The translations under genes were made by a program, and so were the position numbers. The notes below the pieces were generated by a model. The model ran no database searches. It saw only the letters and a program-made list of their open reading frames with translations, and was not told the DNA's origin. Shown piece by piece: positions 55,948 through 64,000 of a DNA stretch of 64,000 nucleotides; position 1 is the stretch's first letter, and each line of letters starts with the position of its first letter. Source of the stretch: a virus (Duplodnaviria > Caudoviricetes); IMG/VR virus record IMGVR_UViG_3300044627_003892. One strand, 5' to 3'.

Positions 55948-57804
55948 TCAATTCTTTAGTAGTTTATCTAATTCGGTACCCATTTCACCTAAAGAATTTT
56001 GAACTTTTGACAAATCAATCAATTCATCCTCATTTAACATACCTCTATTTTCTAATAAAATATTTAAATTTTCTTTATTTCTCTCATCGTTTTCAGGTAC
56101 AGTCCCTCCTTCTGCAGGTGGTGCTGGTGATGGTGATTCAGGTGGTGCCGGTGACTCTCCTCCCATATCACCCATTCCTCCTAAATCAGGTGGTGCTCCT
56201 AATCCTCCTCCTGTGTCAGTTGCCCCACCTTCAGTAGGTGTTCCAGCCGGTTCACCTTCTTTTTTACCATACAACTTGTCTATGTTATCAAATATACCTG
56301 TGTGAGTAATAACTTCAGCAGTTTTCTTAAGTTCTTCACCAACGGCTCTTTCGATACGTTGTTGTTGTAAATCAAGTTTAATTTCATCATCAGAAAATCC
56401 AAGAATATGTTTCTTAGCCCATGACATAGAAACTGCCGCAATACCACTTCCTGGGTCGGCAACCATATCTTTAAATAATAGTATTTTTTCTTTCCATACA
56501 TCAATCTTTAGTAAATCCGCTTGTGTTGAAGGATTTGTTAAACTTAATGTAAAGTTTGATATTTCATCCTCAAACCCTAATATGAATAAATGTATTATCG
56601 CAATTTTATTTAATTCAGAAATCATATTCTTTTGAATACGATTGATGGTACGAGCGAAACGAATATCTTGTAATGATAAATTCTTACCATCACCAACAGT
56701 TTCTTCAAAACCTAAAAATGCTTTAGGAACACGAAGAGCTGTTAACAATTTCTTTTGGATATACTCAATATCGGCAATCTCTGATAAGTTCGCAGCTCCC
56801 GGTAATGTCTCAATCGGCATTGTTTGTGTAGTATCTCTAACAGGAACGAAATAATCTTGGTCAACCGCCATCTGATTAAATCTCATATCCACATTACCTG
56901 TCTTATGGTCAACCGTTTGACTTCTCTTAAACTTATTAGCAAATCTTTGGATATATGGTTCAACATCCGCATCATCCATGTTACCAACAAATACTTTAAA
57001 TACACGTCTTTCAGGTGCTCTTGATGTTCTGTAAATTAACATAGCATCTTCAGATAACAATAATTGTTTCCAAATACGACGAGCCTTTTCTAACATAGAA
57101 GTTCCATAAGGAAGTCTTCTATCATCACCAAGTAATCTAAAGTGTGCAACTTCCCAAGTATTAAACTCTAAATCCTTTTGTTTCCATTTGAATTTTAAAT
57201 GTTTCTTTTCAGGATTTGTTGTCGAATCTGTTGAGTGAGCACCCATACCTGCTTCCAATCTTTCAATCTCGATGACTGGTAATTGCATACATCCTATAAT
57301 ACCTTTTTCAGGGTCTAATTTAAGATATACAAAATTATCACCATACTTACATGTGTTTCTTATCCACATAGGTAAGTTAGTATTAATATCTAACGCATTG
57401 TTAAATAAATCACCTAAAATAGATTTAATTCTTGTTGACTCAGAATAGATTTGTAACATAAAACCATCCTGATTAATTGTTGTTGACTCTTCAGCATAAA
57501 TGTCTAAAGCCGCACCAATTTCAGGTGTAAATTCCATTGACTCGTAGTCATAAAAAGACGCTAAACGAGTTGGTTCATAGTAAACTGCCTGTGTATATAG
57601 ATTATTCTCAACCCTACCCCATTGGTTTGCTAAGTAATATGTTTGTTGAGCTTGTAATTTCTCTCTATCATATTCAGATTTAGAAGTTGTCTTTAAAAGT
57701 TCCTTCTTATCATATTTGTACGTAGGATAATCCTGACCCAAAAGAGAATTGGGTCCAAATGTTTGGGATAACCGTTGCCATACCGTTAGTTTATTTTCAC
57801 TCAT
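55948..57804 (-). CDS. gp20: Portal protein (T4 gp20-like)
   Basis: EIGAALDIYAEES, YGTSMLEKARRIWKQL, EDAMLIYRTSRAPERRVF and ALRVPKAFL. Confidence 0.96.
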   Translation of the reverse strand: MSENKLTVWQRLSQTFGPNSLLGQDYPTYKYDKKELLKTTSKSEYDREKLQAQQTYYLANQWGRVENNLYTQAVYYEPTRLASFYDYESMEFTPEIGAALDIYAEESTTINQDGFMLQIYSESTRIKSILGDLFNNALDINTNLPMWIRNTCKYGDNFVYLKLDPEKGIIGCMQLPVIEIERLEAGMGAHSTDSTTNPEKKHLKFKWKQKDLEFNTWEVAHFRLLGDDRRLPYGTSMLEKARRIWKQLLLSEDAMLIYRTSRAPERRVFKVFVGNMDDADVEPYIQRFANKFKRSQTVDHKTGNVDMRFNQMAVDQDYFVPVRDTTQTMPIETLPGAANLSEIADIEYIQKKLLTALRVPKAFLGFEETVGDGKNLSLQDIRFARTINRIQKNMISELNKIAIIHLFILGFEDEISNFTLSLTNPSTQADLLKIDVWKEKILLFKDMVADPGSGIAAVSMSWAKKHILGFSDDEIKLDLQQQRIERAVGEELKKTAEVITHTGIFDNIDKLYGKKEGEPAGTPTEGGATDTGGGLGAPPDLGGMGDMGGESPAPPESPSPAPPAEGGTVPENDERNKENLNILLENRGMLNEDELIDLSKVQNSLGEMGTELDKLLKN

Positions 57805-57812
57805 ATTTTAAT

Positions 57813-57820
57813 TATAAATA
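57813..57820 (-). promoter_or_regulatory. TATTTATA motif upstream of the portal gene
   Basis: 8 nt before the ATG. Confidence 0.6.
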
Positions 57821-57842
57821 TTCTTATAGATTATTAAACAAT

Positions 57843-59306
57843 TTATCCAATATTATATGGACATGAACCTAAATTAGTAACACTTAGATTACTTCCAGTA
57901 GGTTCTGAACACAAACACATATATACTACATAGTTTTTAGGTAATGTAAACGATGTCGGAGCATCAACAAATGGAGGTGACATACTAACTGTTGCAGTAG
58001 CTCCTGTTGCTTCAAGTCGATATTGATTAGTAACACAAGTTCCACTATTTCTAGTACAAGCAGATGCACTAGTCGAAACCACACCTTCTACAACTTGATA
58101 AAAATATGGTGGTATTGTATTTCTCGTATTATTTCTTAAGTTAAAGTTTACATCTAAAAATGCAGTTCCTCCACTAAATAATCCTTGACTACTTGGTGGG
58201 TTATTTGTAAAAGTAATTGCTGAGTATGAATTACAATACCCTGTATTAAAAGGTACTGTATTACCAAAAAATCCATAAAATGTCTCATTATTACAAGTAC
58301 CACCAGTACATGGACCATAATTAGCTTTAATTATTGATATATCTTCATTAACAATTCGTGCACATACTTGGATTGATTCTCCAGCATTTATATTACCAAT
58401 AAATACTGTCCCCGAACAATCGTTATAATTATAATTTAAGGCACCTGCAGTAGGGTTTGTTAAATACCAACAACGACATTCTGGTATTGTCGGTGTCGGT
58501 GTAGTAGTTTGGGTAGGAGTGATTGTTGAAGTTATTGAAGGTGTTGGAGTTTGAGTATTAGTAGTGGTTTGAGTATTAGTAGGGGTTTGAGTTTGAGTTT
58601 GAGTTACTGAAGGTGTTGGTGTTGGTGTTTGGGTTTGCGTATTAGTCAGAGTTATTGAAGGTGTTGGTGTTGGGGTAGGTGTCGGACAAACTCCTGCATT
58701 ACAAAAAGGTGTATCTATACCTATTGAAATACCAGGTGCACTAATTGAATTTTGTTTAGCACAGAACCTTGTTGTTGTATTAGGTAACATTGACCCTGTA
58801 ATTGTACCTCCCGAACATGAAATACCACTATATGATAGTGGAGGAGCGAGAGGAGCTCCTGTAATATAACTTAAATCATAACAAACACAAGATATTTCAG
58901 TTGGTGTTACAGTTTGAGTATTGGTTGGTGTTATAGTATTAGTTGGTGTTTGTGTCGGAGTTTGAGTGTTTGTAGTCGTTACGGTTTGAGTTATTGATGG
59001 TGTCGGTGTTTGAGTTTGAGTGTTTGTAGGTGTTTGAGTTTGGGTTAAAGATGGCGTCGGTGTTTGAGTTTGGGTTAAAGATGGCGTCGGTGTTTGAGTT
59101 TGAGTTAAAGAAGGTGTTGGAGTATTGGTCGGGGTTACAGAAGGTGTTGGAGTTAAAGGAGGTCCAGGTTCACCCTTTGTTTGTTTTATTAAAAAAACAA
59201 ACTTTTTTAATTTACCGGTTAATGAACCGAAATTTTCTTGGCCCTCAACAATTAATTTTGAGCCGGTAAATATTCTACCTGATTTTTTTCTATCTCCTGT
59301 TCCCAT
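57843..59306 (-). CDS. Pro/Thr-rich modular protein with Cys-containing domains (putative virion surface/decoration protein)
   Basis: Three TPTPT/TQTQT tracts alternate with about 45-aa Cys modules. Lies between terminase and portal. Confidence 0.6.
   Translation of the reverse strand: MGTGDRKKSGRIFTGSKLIVEGQENFGSLTGKLKKFVFLIKQTKGEPGPPLTPTPSVTPTNTPTPSLTQTQTPTPSLTQTQTPTPSLTQTQTPTNTQTQTPTPSITQTVTTTNTQTPTQTPTNTITPTNTQTVTPTEISCVCYDLSYITGAPLAPPLSYSGISCSGGTITGSMLPNTTTRFCAKQNSISAPGISIGIDTPFCNAGVCPTPTPTPTPSITLTNTQTQTPTPTPSVTQTQTQTPTNTQTTTNTQTPTPSITSTITPTQTTTPTPTIPECRCWYLTNPTAGALNYNYNDCSGTVFIGNINAGESIQVCARIVNEDISIIKANYGPCTGGTCNNETFYGFFGNTVPFNTGYCNSYSAITFTNNPPSSQGLFSGGTAFLDVNFNLRNNTRNTIPPYFYQVVEGVVSTSASACTRNSGTCVTNQYRLEATGATATVSMSPPFVDAPTSFTLPKNYVVYMCLCSEPTGSNLSVTNLGSCPYNIG
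58485..58685 (-). repeat. Pro/Thr/Gln low-complexity repeat
   Basis: Encodes PTPTPTPTPSITLTNTQTQTPTPTPS...TPTPT. Confidence 0.88.
58895..59160 (-). repeat. Pro/Thr/Gln repeat including exact 30-bp tandem units
   Basis: tttgagtttgggttaaagatggcgtcggtg is repeated in tandem (TPSLTQTQTP). Confidence 0.9.
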
Positions 59307-59312
59307 ATAATG

Positions 59313-61058
59313 TTATCTTCGTCCCCCGAATAACCATAAATAGTTTTCGTAGTCACTTTTTGTTGCCTCTCGTTTAATGTTTTCTTGTTGTTGTGAAATT
59401 ACCGGGTCCATGAATTGTCTTCTGTTAAATTCATTTGTATTAACAGTCCATGAGTCAATCATCGCTTTTGTTTGATTTGTAACCTTATTAAGTGATGAAA
59501 ATGATGTTTCACCAACATAAAGAGCCATGGCAACAGACATAATCAAGTCATCATGTTGTCCCTTTTGGTGGTCAGGTCTTCCATTCACATAAATAAATGT
59601 GTTCATCTCATTTAATAAACGAGTTGAGTTTATTCTAAACCCATGTCTTAAATATTCCTCAAATGTTGCAATAATTTGAACTCGTTTAGCATTAAAGTTA
59701 ATTCCTGGTATTTTTTCAGTCGCCTTTGGGTCATATTGCCACTTATTTGAAATATCAACTCCATCAACATATACATTTCTATATCCTAACTCTCTCAATC
59801 TTAAAGATGTCGTAACTCCCATACCACCAGTGATATCCACAACAATAAATGCATTATACATATTACCCCATTTATAACATATTTCAGCTAAAGTGTCAGG
59901 AGGAAGTTTACCAACGTACTCAGCAACCTGTTCTCTTGAGTCAAAATCAACAATTTGGAATGTTGAAAAGTCTTCACTATCACCACGAGATACGTCAACA
60001 CCCATAATATATTTTTTACCTATTTCAGGTTCTTTCCAAATCCATAGTCCACCACCCATCATTTTTGTAGGAGGTTCCTTAACCATATTTATCCTTAAAT
60101 CTTCCAACATATCAGAATTAAATACGTTATCCCCCGAACCAAGAAACGCACATTCCAACTCCTGATTGACCTTACGTTTATCGTACTTAAGTTTTTTAAC
60201 CATTGACTCATACCAAGATGAGTTTGGTTTATAACCCTGTGAAATTAGTTGTCTTATCTCATCAAAGTTTTTTTCTTTATTGTTATATTCAATAATTTCA
60301 ACATCAGGATATTCATTACGATTTAAGTAATAATGAATAATATCTTTAACATTAACTAATGATAAATCTTTTGCATATCTTGGGTCTTTCCACCAAACCA
60401 TTTCGGAAACTTTAAATTCATTCATTCCCTTTAACGCTTGGTCGTATATTTCATAATAAATTGCATCATATCCGTTTGGTGTTGATACAACTATCACCTT
60501 ACCACCTGTGGATAAAGATGCCATACAAGCCGCCCAAAAATCACTATCTGCTTCAATATATGCAGCCTCGTCAAATATTAATATTGTCGGTGTATAACCA
60601 CGAAGAGCATCCTTAGATGTTGCAACCGCCTTAACTTCACATCCGTTAGTTAATTTAAAATGTCTTTGTGAGTTTTTTTCAGATGAAAATCCAACACCAA
60701 CCCAACTAGGCCATTGGTCAGTAAATCCTCTAATCTTATTTGCAACCTCAACCGCAGTATCTAACTTATTTGCAATAATTAAAACTTTTTCAGGACTATT
60801 CTTTTTAGCAAAAACAAGTTTTTTTGATGACCAAGCAGCTGTTACCGTAGATACTCCGGCTTGTCTATACTTTAGTGCAATATTTTCATTATAATTCTCG
60901 TAATCCTCAACCAGACTAATTTGGTCAGGAAATAACTCTAATGGGACATACTTTGAAACAGTGTTGTCATACGTCTGTAAATAAGTTTTAAGGGCGTATG
61001 GTGTTGATTTCATACACTTGGCATACTCCATTAAAACGGCTTCTTTAGATAAACTCAT
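59313..61058 (-). CDS. terL: Terminase large subunit (T4 gp17-like)
   Basis: KYRQAGVST (Walker A), IFDEAA (Walker B), STPNG, GVDVSRG and HDDLIM. Confidence 0.95.
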   Translation of the reverse strand: MSLSKEAVLMEYAKCMKSTPYALKTYLQTYDNTVSKYVPLELFPDQISLVEDYENYNENIALKYRQAGVSTVTAAWSSKKLVFAKKNSPEKVLIIANKLDTAVEVANKIRGFTDQWPSWVGVGFSSEKNSQRHFKLTNGCEVKAVATSKDALRGYTPTILIFDEAAYIEADSDFWAACMASLSTGGKVIVVSTPNGYDAIYYEIYDQALKGMNEFKVSEMVWWKDPRYAKDLSLVNVKDIIHYYLNRNEYPDVEIIEYNNKEKNFDEIRQLISQGYKPNSSWYESMVKKLKYDKRKVNQELECAFLGSGDNVFNSDMLEDLRINMVKEPPTKMMGGGLWIWKEPEIGKKYIMGVDVSRGDSEDFSTFQIVDFDSREQVAEYVGKLPPDTLAEICYKWGNMYNAFIVVDITGGMGVTTSLRLRELGYRNVYVDGVDISNKWQYDPKATEKIPGINFNAKRVQIIATFEEYLRHGFRINSTRLLNEMNTFIYVNGRPDHQKGQHDDLIMSVAMALYVGETSFSSLNKVTNQTKAMIDSWTVNTNEFNRRQFMDPVISQQQENIKREATKSDYENYLWLFGGRR

Positions 61059-61062
61059 ATAC

Positions 61063-61070
61063 TATAAATA
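61063..61070 (-). promoter_or_regulatory. TATTTATA motif upstream of the terminase gene
   Basis: 4 nt before the ATG, just after a terminator. Confidence 0.6.
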
Positions 61071-61090
61071 TAAAATTTATCATAAAATAG

Positions 61091-61116
61091 AAAACCCTTC
61101 ATCTCTGAAGGGTTTT
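61091..61116 (-). terminator. Terminator after 61124..62428
   Basis: AAAACCCTTCA-GAGA-TGAAGGGTTTT. Confidence 0.75.
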
Positions 61117-61123
61117 AAAGTTT

Positions 61124-62428
61124 TTAGTTAATACCTAATCCTTTTAAAAAGTCATCAAAATCCTCATCATCATCGTCGTCATCATCCTCATATTTTTTCA
61201 TAGTATCTTCATATTCTTCTTCTTTAAGTTCGGCAATGATTTCATCAACCATATCTTTTACCATTTTCTTTCCTTTTGGTGAACTTGATAAAATTTCACG
61301 AGCCATTGCAAAGAATTCATTTGGGGTAAGTTCTGCAAACTTAACAAGGAAATATTGTTGTAAGTTTCTCTTATCATCATCAAATAATTCATCAGGATAA
61401 GCTTCACGGAACTTTTGCCAAATAACAGGACCTAGTCTCATATCCCATATTTCACCAACAACAGTGTCTTGTGAATTGATTACAGCTTCTTGTCTTGTTT
61501 TATCTTTTGGTAATCCGTATGTTCCTGCAATTTCCATAACACCTTTAGCAAGTTCATGAATAAGGATTGGTAAGTTAACACCACGAGCCTTTACTGTTGG
61601 TGGGTCAGTCTTAGCATCTAACTCAGACATACCATATGTTGACTCTCCACCACCTGCCATACCTTGAACCATTGAGTCAGGCATTAACCAATAAAGAGAA
61701 TCTGCAAATGACATAAAGACACCATACATATTCAGTAATCTTGGGTTAATAGCATTTAACTCTCTGTTTAATAATTCAAACATATAAGAAGATTGTTTAG
61801 CAGCACCCTGAATAAGTGAATTGATAAACCTTCTTTTTGCCTTTTCCAAATCAAATTTTTCAAATGAATCTATAAAATCTTCAAGTTGTTCTTGTTCTTC
61901 TTCAGAACCAAACATATCTTCAATTTCTTCATCACTTGGTTCTTCACCTTTAGCCGATAACTTACTTGAGTCAATATCATTTGGTTTAACCAATTTTACA
62001 TCATATTGTAATGCTCCTTCAGGAATACCAAATTCTTTTTGAACAAGTTCAATAGCAAGTTCCTCCAAGTATTCTTTGTTTTCAGATTCAATCTGTGCAA
62101 TTTCTTGCATAGCGTTCATTACCATCATCTGAAGTCTCATCATTGAATTCTGTGATGTTACATCCTCAAGACCTGTATATCTTTTTAATCTACCGATAAC
62201 ATCTTTAAATCTTTGGGATGCAATAAGTTGTTCAAAGTTAGATGGTTTATCCGGACCTTCAGGTGTGATTTCAGGAAATGCCTTACTACCTGAATGAGGT
62301 GTTTCACCTTTTTCAAATTTAGATTGAATATCAGGAGCCATTTTTTCAGGTCCTTCATATCCGATAGGTGCCTCATTAATTCGGTTAACCAATCTTTTTA
62401 CTAATTGTTCTTTTTTCATCTTACTCAC
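61124..62428 (-). CDS. Hypothetical protein with an acidic C-terminal tail
   Basis: 434-aa ORF with an LVKRLVNRINE leader. Confidence 0.7.
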   Translation of the reverse strand: MSKMKKEQLVKRLVNRINEAPIGYEGPEKMAPDIQSKFEKGETPHSGSKAFPEITPEGPDKPSNFEQLIASQRFKDVIGRLKRYTGLEDVTSQNSMMRLQMMVMNAMQEIAQIESENKEYLEELAIELVQKEFGIPEGALQYDVKLVKPNDIDSSKLSAKGEEPSDEEIEDMFGSEEEQEQLEDFIDSFEKFDLEKAKRRFINSLIQGAAKQSSYMFELLNRELNAINPRLLNMYGVFMSFADSLYWLMPDSMVQGMAGGGESTYGMSELDAKTDPPTVKARGVNLPILIHELAKGVMEIAGTYGLPKDKTRQEAVINSQDTVVGEIWDMRLGPVIWQKFREAYPDELFDDDKRNLQQYFLVKFAELTPNEFFAMAREILSSSPKGKKMVKDMVDEIIAELKEEEYEDTMKKYEDDDDDDDEDFDDFLKGLGIN

Positions 62429-63314
62429 CTTTTAATTTAATATTCATTTTGCCAAAATTCAAATATGATGGTAATTCACCCTTTGGTCTTGGTTCAGCAT
62501 CAGGCGCTGGTTTGAAAGGATTTTTTCTCGTAGGAGTAGTTGTTTTTTCCTTTTCTTTAGTTCTTTCCTTTTCTTTAGTTCCTGAACCTTTTGGTCTTGG
62601 TTCAGTATCTGGAGATGGTTTGAAAGGATTTTTTCTTGTAGGAGTAGTTGTCTTTTCCTTCTCTTTTGTTTTTTCTTTCTCTTTAGTTCCTGAAGATTCT
62701 ATCATTTCTGAATTTTCTTTAGTTACTTTTTTTCTCATTAAATTCATTAAATCTTTTTTAGTAATTGCTGGTCTTATATTTGCTTCAACAATCTCTCTCA
62801 TTTTTTGTTCCAAAATTACTTCATATGGATTTTTACCTTCTTTTAATGACTTTTTGACACCAAGAACACATCTTTCAAATTTTTTATCTTCACCTTTAGT
62901 GTAATCATCTTTCTTTTTACCTTCCAATCCTAATGATGATGTACAAATTGCAAAAGGATTTTTTTCAACTTTTTTCTTTGTTGTTTTTTTACCCTCAATC
63001 ATTTCCCCTTCTTTGGTTGTTGCCATGATTTTTTTAGTTGTTGGGTCTTGAGTAATAGTTACCCCATTAACTGTTGCCCCTTTATCACCAATTTGATAAG
63101 TTTTTTGATTCGGGTTTACCGGAATTGCTTGTTCCTTAGATTCAGATTTTTTAACTGAAGTCATTCTACCAATAGGTTTATCCATTCCGACAAAACCTTG
63201 AGCATTTATCATACTCTCGTGTAAGTTTTTAATTTCTTTCAATGTCATTTTTGATAAAGTGTTTTTACTAACACCCATCTTAATGATTTCTTGGATTTGT
63301 TTTTCTGTTACCAT
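62421..63314 (-). CDS. Hypothetical basic protein with a 36-aa tandem duplication; ATG start at 63314
   Basis: MVTEKQIQEIIK... with two copies of SGTKEKE.TKEKEKTTTPTRKNPFKP.PD.EPRPKG. Confidence 0.65.
   Translation of the reverse strand: MVTEKQIQEIIKMGVSKNTLSKMTLKEIKNLHESMINAQGFVGMDKPIGRMTSVKKSESKEQAIPVNPNQKTYQIGDKGATVNGVTITQDPTTKKIMATTKEGEMIEGKKTTKKKVEKNPFAICTSSLGLEGKKKDDYTKGEDKKFERCVLGVKKSLKEGKNPYEVILEQKMREIVEANIRPAITKKDLMNLMRKKVTKENSEMIESSGTKEKEKTKEKEKTTTPTRKNPFKPSPDTEPRPKGSGTKEKERTKEKEKTTTPTRKNPFKPAPDAEPRPKGELPSYLNFGKMNIKLKGE
62479..62694 (-). repeat. Two-copy 108-bp in-frame tandem duplication
   Basis: Units start at 62479 and 62587 on the plus strand. They differ mostly at synonymous positions. 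Confidence 0.9.
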
Positions 63315-63699
63315 TTTCTTCAAATTCTTTATAATACTCAAGGATTATGTCCTTTTCGTATAGTTTATCTTTAACCTGTTGTTCACTCATTCCAAAGTGA
63401 AACACTAATCTATTATCTATATCACTATCTTTTTCCCATCCTAATGCTACGACATTATCAATAGCATCTTTCATACAAAAAAAATCGGAGTTTTGAATGA
63501 GCTCCATATCTATTCCGTCTCTATTCAATACTCCTACTTTTTTAATTTCTTTGGTATCAGGTGGTGTTGGGTTCCCATTCGCAGGATTTGTATCCCAATC
63601 ATCACCAAATACTTCAGTCGTTTCTGAGAAAATAAACTCGTAAGTTTTATTTCCTCTATAATTCGCCCCTAGTCCGTTAATAAAAACTAAATAACTCAT
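63280..63699 (-). CDS. Hypothetical protein
   Basis: 139-aa ORF (MSYLVFINGLGANYRG...). Confidence 0.7.
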   Translation of the reverse strand: MSYLVFINGLGANYRGNKTYEFIFSETTEVFGDDWDTNPANGNPTPPDTKEIKKVGVLNRDGIDMELIQNSDFFCMKDAIDNVVALGWEKDSDIDNRLVFHFGMSEQQVKDKLYEKDIILEYYKEFEENGNRKTNPRNH

Positions 63700-64000
63700 A
63701 GGATATTACCTTGTGGAGATACCTTAAGTTGTTTGTTTTTATTTTCAAACACTAAATTACCTTTATTAGTTTTACCTACAAAAGTAATAAATGGGAAATT
63801 GCTAACAATCTTTTTTGATATTTCAGATTGAGCCTCAGTTAATGATAACCTTTCAATTTCTTTTGAGTATCTTACTTTTCTTGATTCTGAAATAACTTTT
63901 TGTTCTTGTTTTTTTTCTTTAATGAACTTTTTTTCGTTTTCATTAACTACAACATATTTTTTCAAAATTTTATCTACTTGAGACTCTCCGAAAACTTTAG
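63696..64000 (-). CDS. C-terminal part of a protein starting beyond the window end
   Basis: The frame is open from 63998 (KVFGESQVDKILKKYVVVNE...). The tracked TTG start is probably internal. Confidence 0.7.
   Translation of the reverse strand, partial: KVFGESQVDKILKKYVVVNENEKKFIKEKKQEQKVISESRKVRYSKEIERLSLTEAQSEISKKIVSNFPFITFVGKTNKGNLVFENKNKQLKVSPQGNIL

Noticed and set aside
58485-59160. Regular short repeats resembling a CRISPR array
   Set aside because: The units are in-frame Pro/Thr codon repeats without unique spacers, and no cas genes are present.
9168-62904. Other short nested ORFs (9168, 11641, 20532, 21193, 24054, 24500, 28825, 33410, 35355, 35926, 36944, 41864, 49059, 49072, 50552, 51727, 52122, 53085, 53902, 54604, 55923, 56280, 56642, 56824, 59030, 59125, 59893, 61821, 62185, 62449)
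   Set aside because: Each lies within a longer, well-supported gene on another frame or strand, and none shows motifs or start signals.
1-64000. tRNA/rRNA genes, introns, inteins, homing endonucleases and integrase
   Set aside because: Intergenic gaps are short and explained by terminators or promoters. PolB, terminase and capsid frames are continuous with no intein or LAGLIDADG/HNH motifs seen.
1-64000. Stop-codon reassignment as in some large phages
   Set aside because: Conserved genes are full length in code 11, and TAA, TAG and TGA all end genes at sensible positions.

Overview
This is a 64-kb, AT-rich segment of a large T4-like (myovirus) phage genome in the standard genetic code. The likely host is a Bacteroidota species: the phage carries a Bacteroidota-type ribosomal protein bS21, has A-rich translation starts without Shine-Dalgarno sequences, and has one TTTG-N19-TAnnTTTG promoter. 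Tail and neck module (1-14 kb): tape measure (partial), tail assembly chaperone with a probable +1 frameshift, tube, sheath, gp15/gp14/gp13-like proteins, plus an SNF2 helicase and a Mn-SOD fusion. Next come a family B DNA polymerase and a LamG/Pro-Thr surface protein. An ~18-kb glycosylation locus (22.7-41 kb) holds 11 glycosyltransferase genes, including GT10, GT11 and NodZ-like fucosyltransferase families, together with Gmd, Fcl/ColC, a His-type ColD-like dehydratase, a DegT aminotransferase and a GNA1-like acetyltransferase; dUTPase, an exonuclease and PhoH are interspersed. This is followed by a gp55-like sigma factor, baseplate genes, and the head module (major capsid, scaffold, protease, bS21, portal, large terminase). 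The best candidate for an undescribed system is a phage-encoded virion glycosylation system. It would pair a GDP-fucose/colitose pathway and many transferases with dense [S/T]-G-x-[T/S] motifs and mucin-like Pro/Thr stalks in surface-exposed virion proteins. Other signals are a recurring sense-strand TATTTAT motif (inverse of the T4 late promoter, often only 3-4 nt before the ATG) and shared N-terminal leaders ending in (I/L)-x-E on SOD, WYL and small proteins. All assignments come from motif recognition by eye; no database searches were run.
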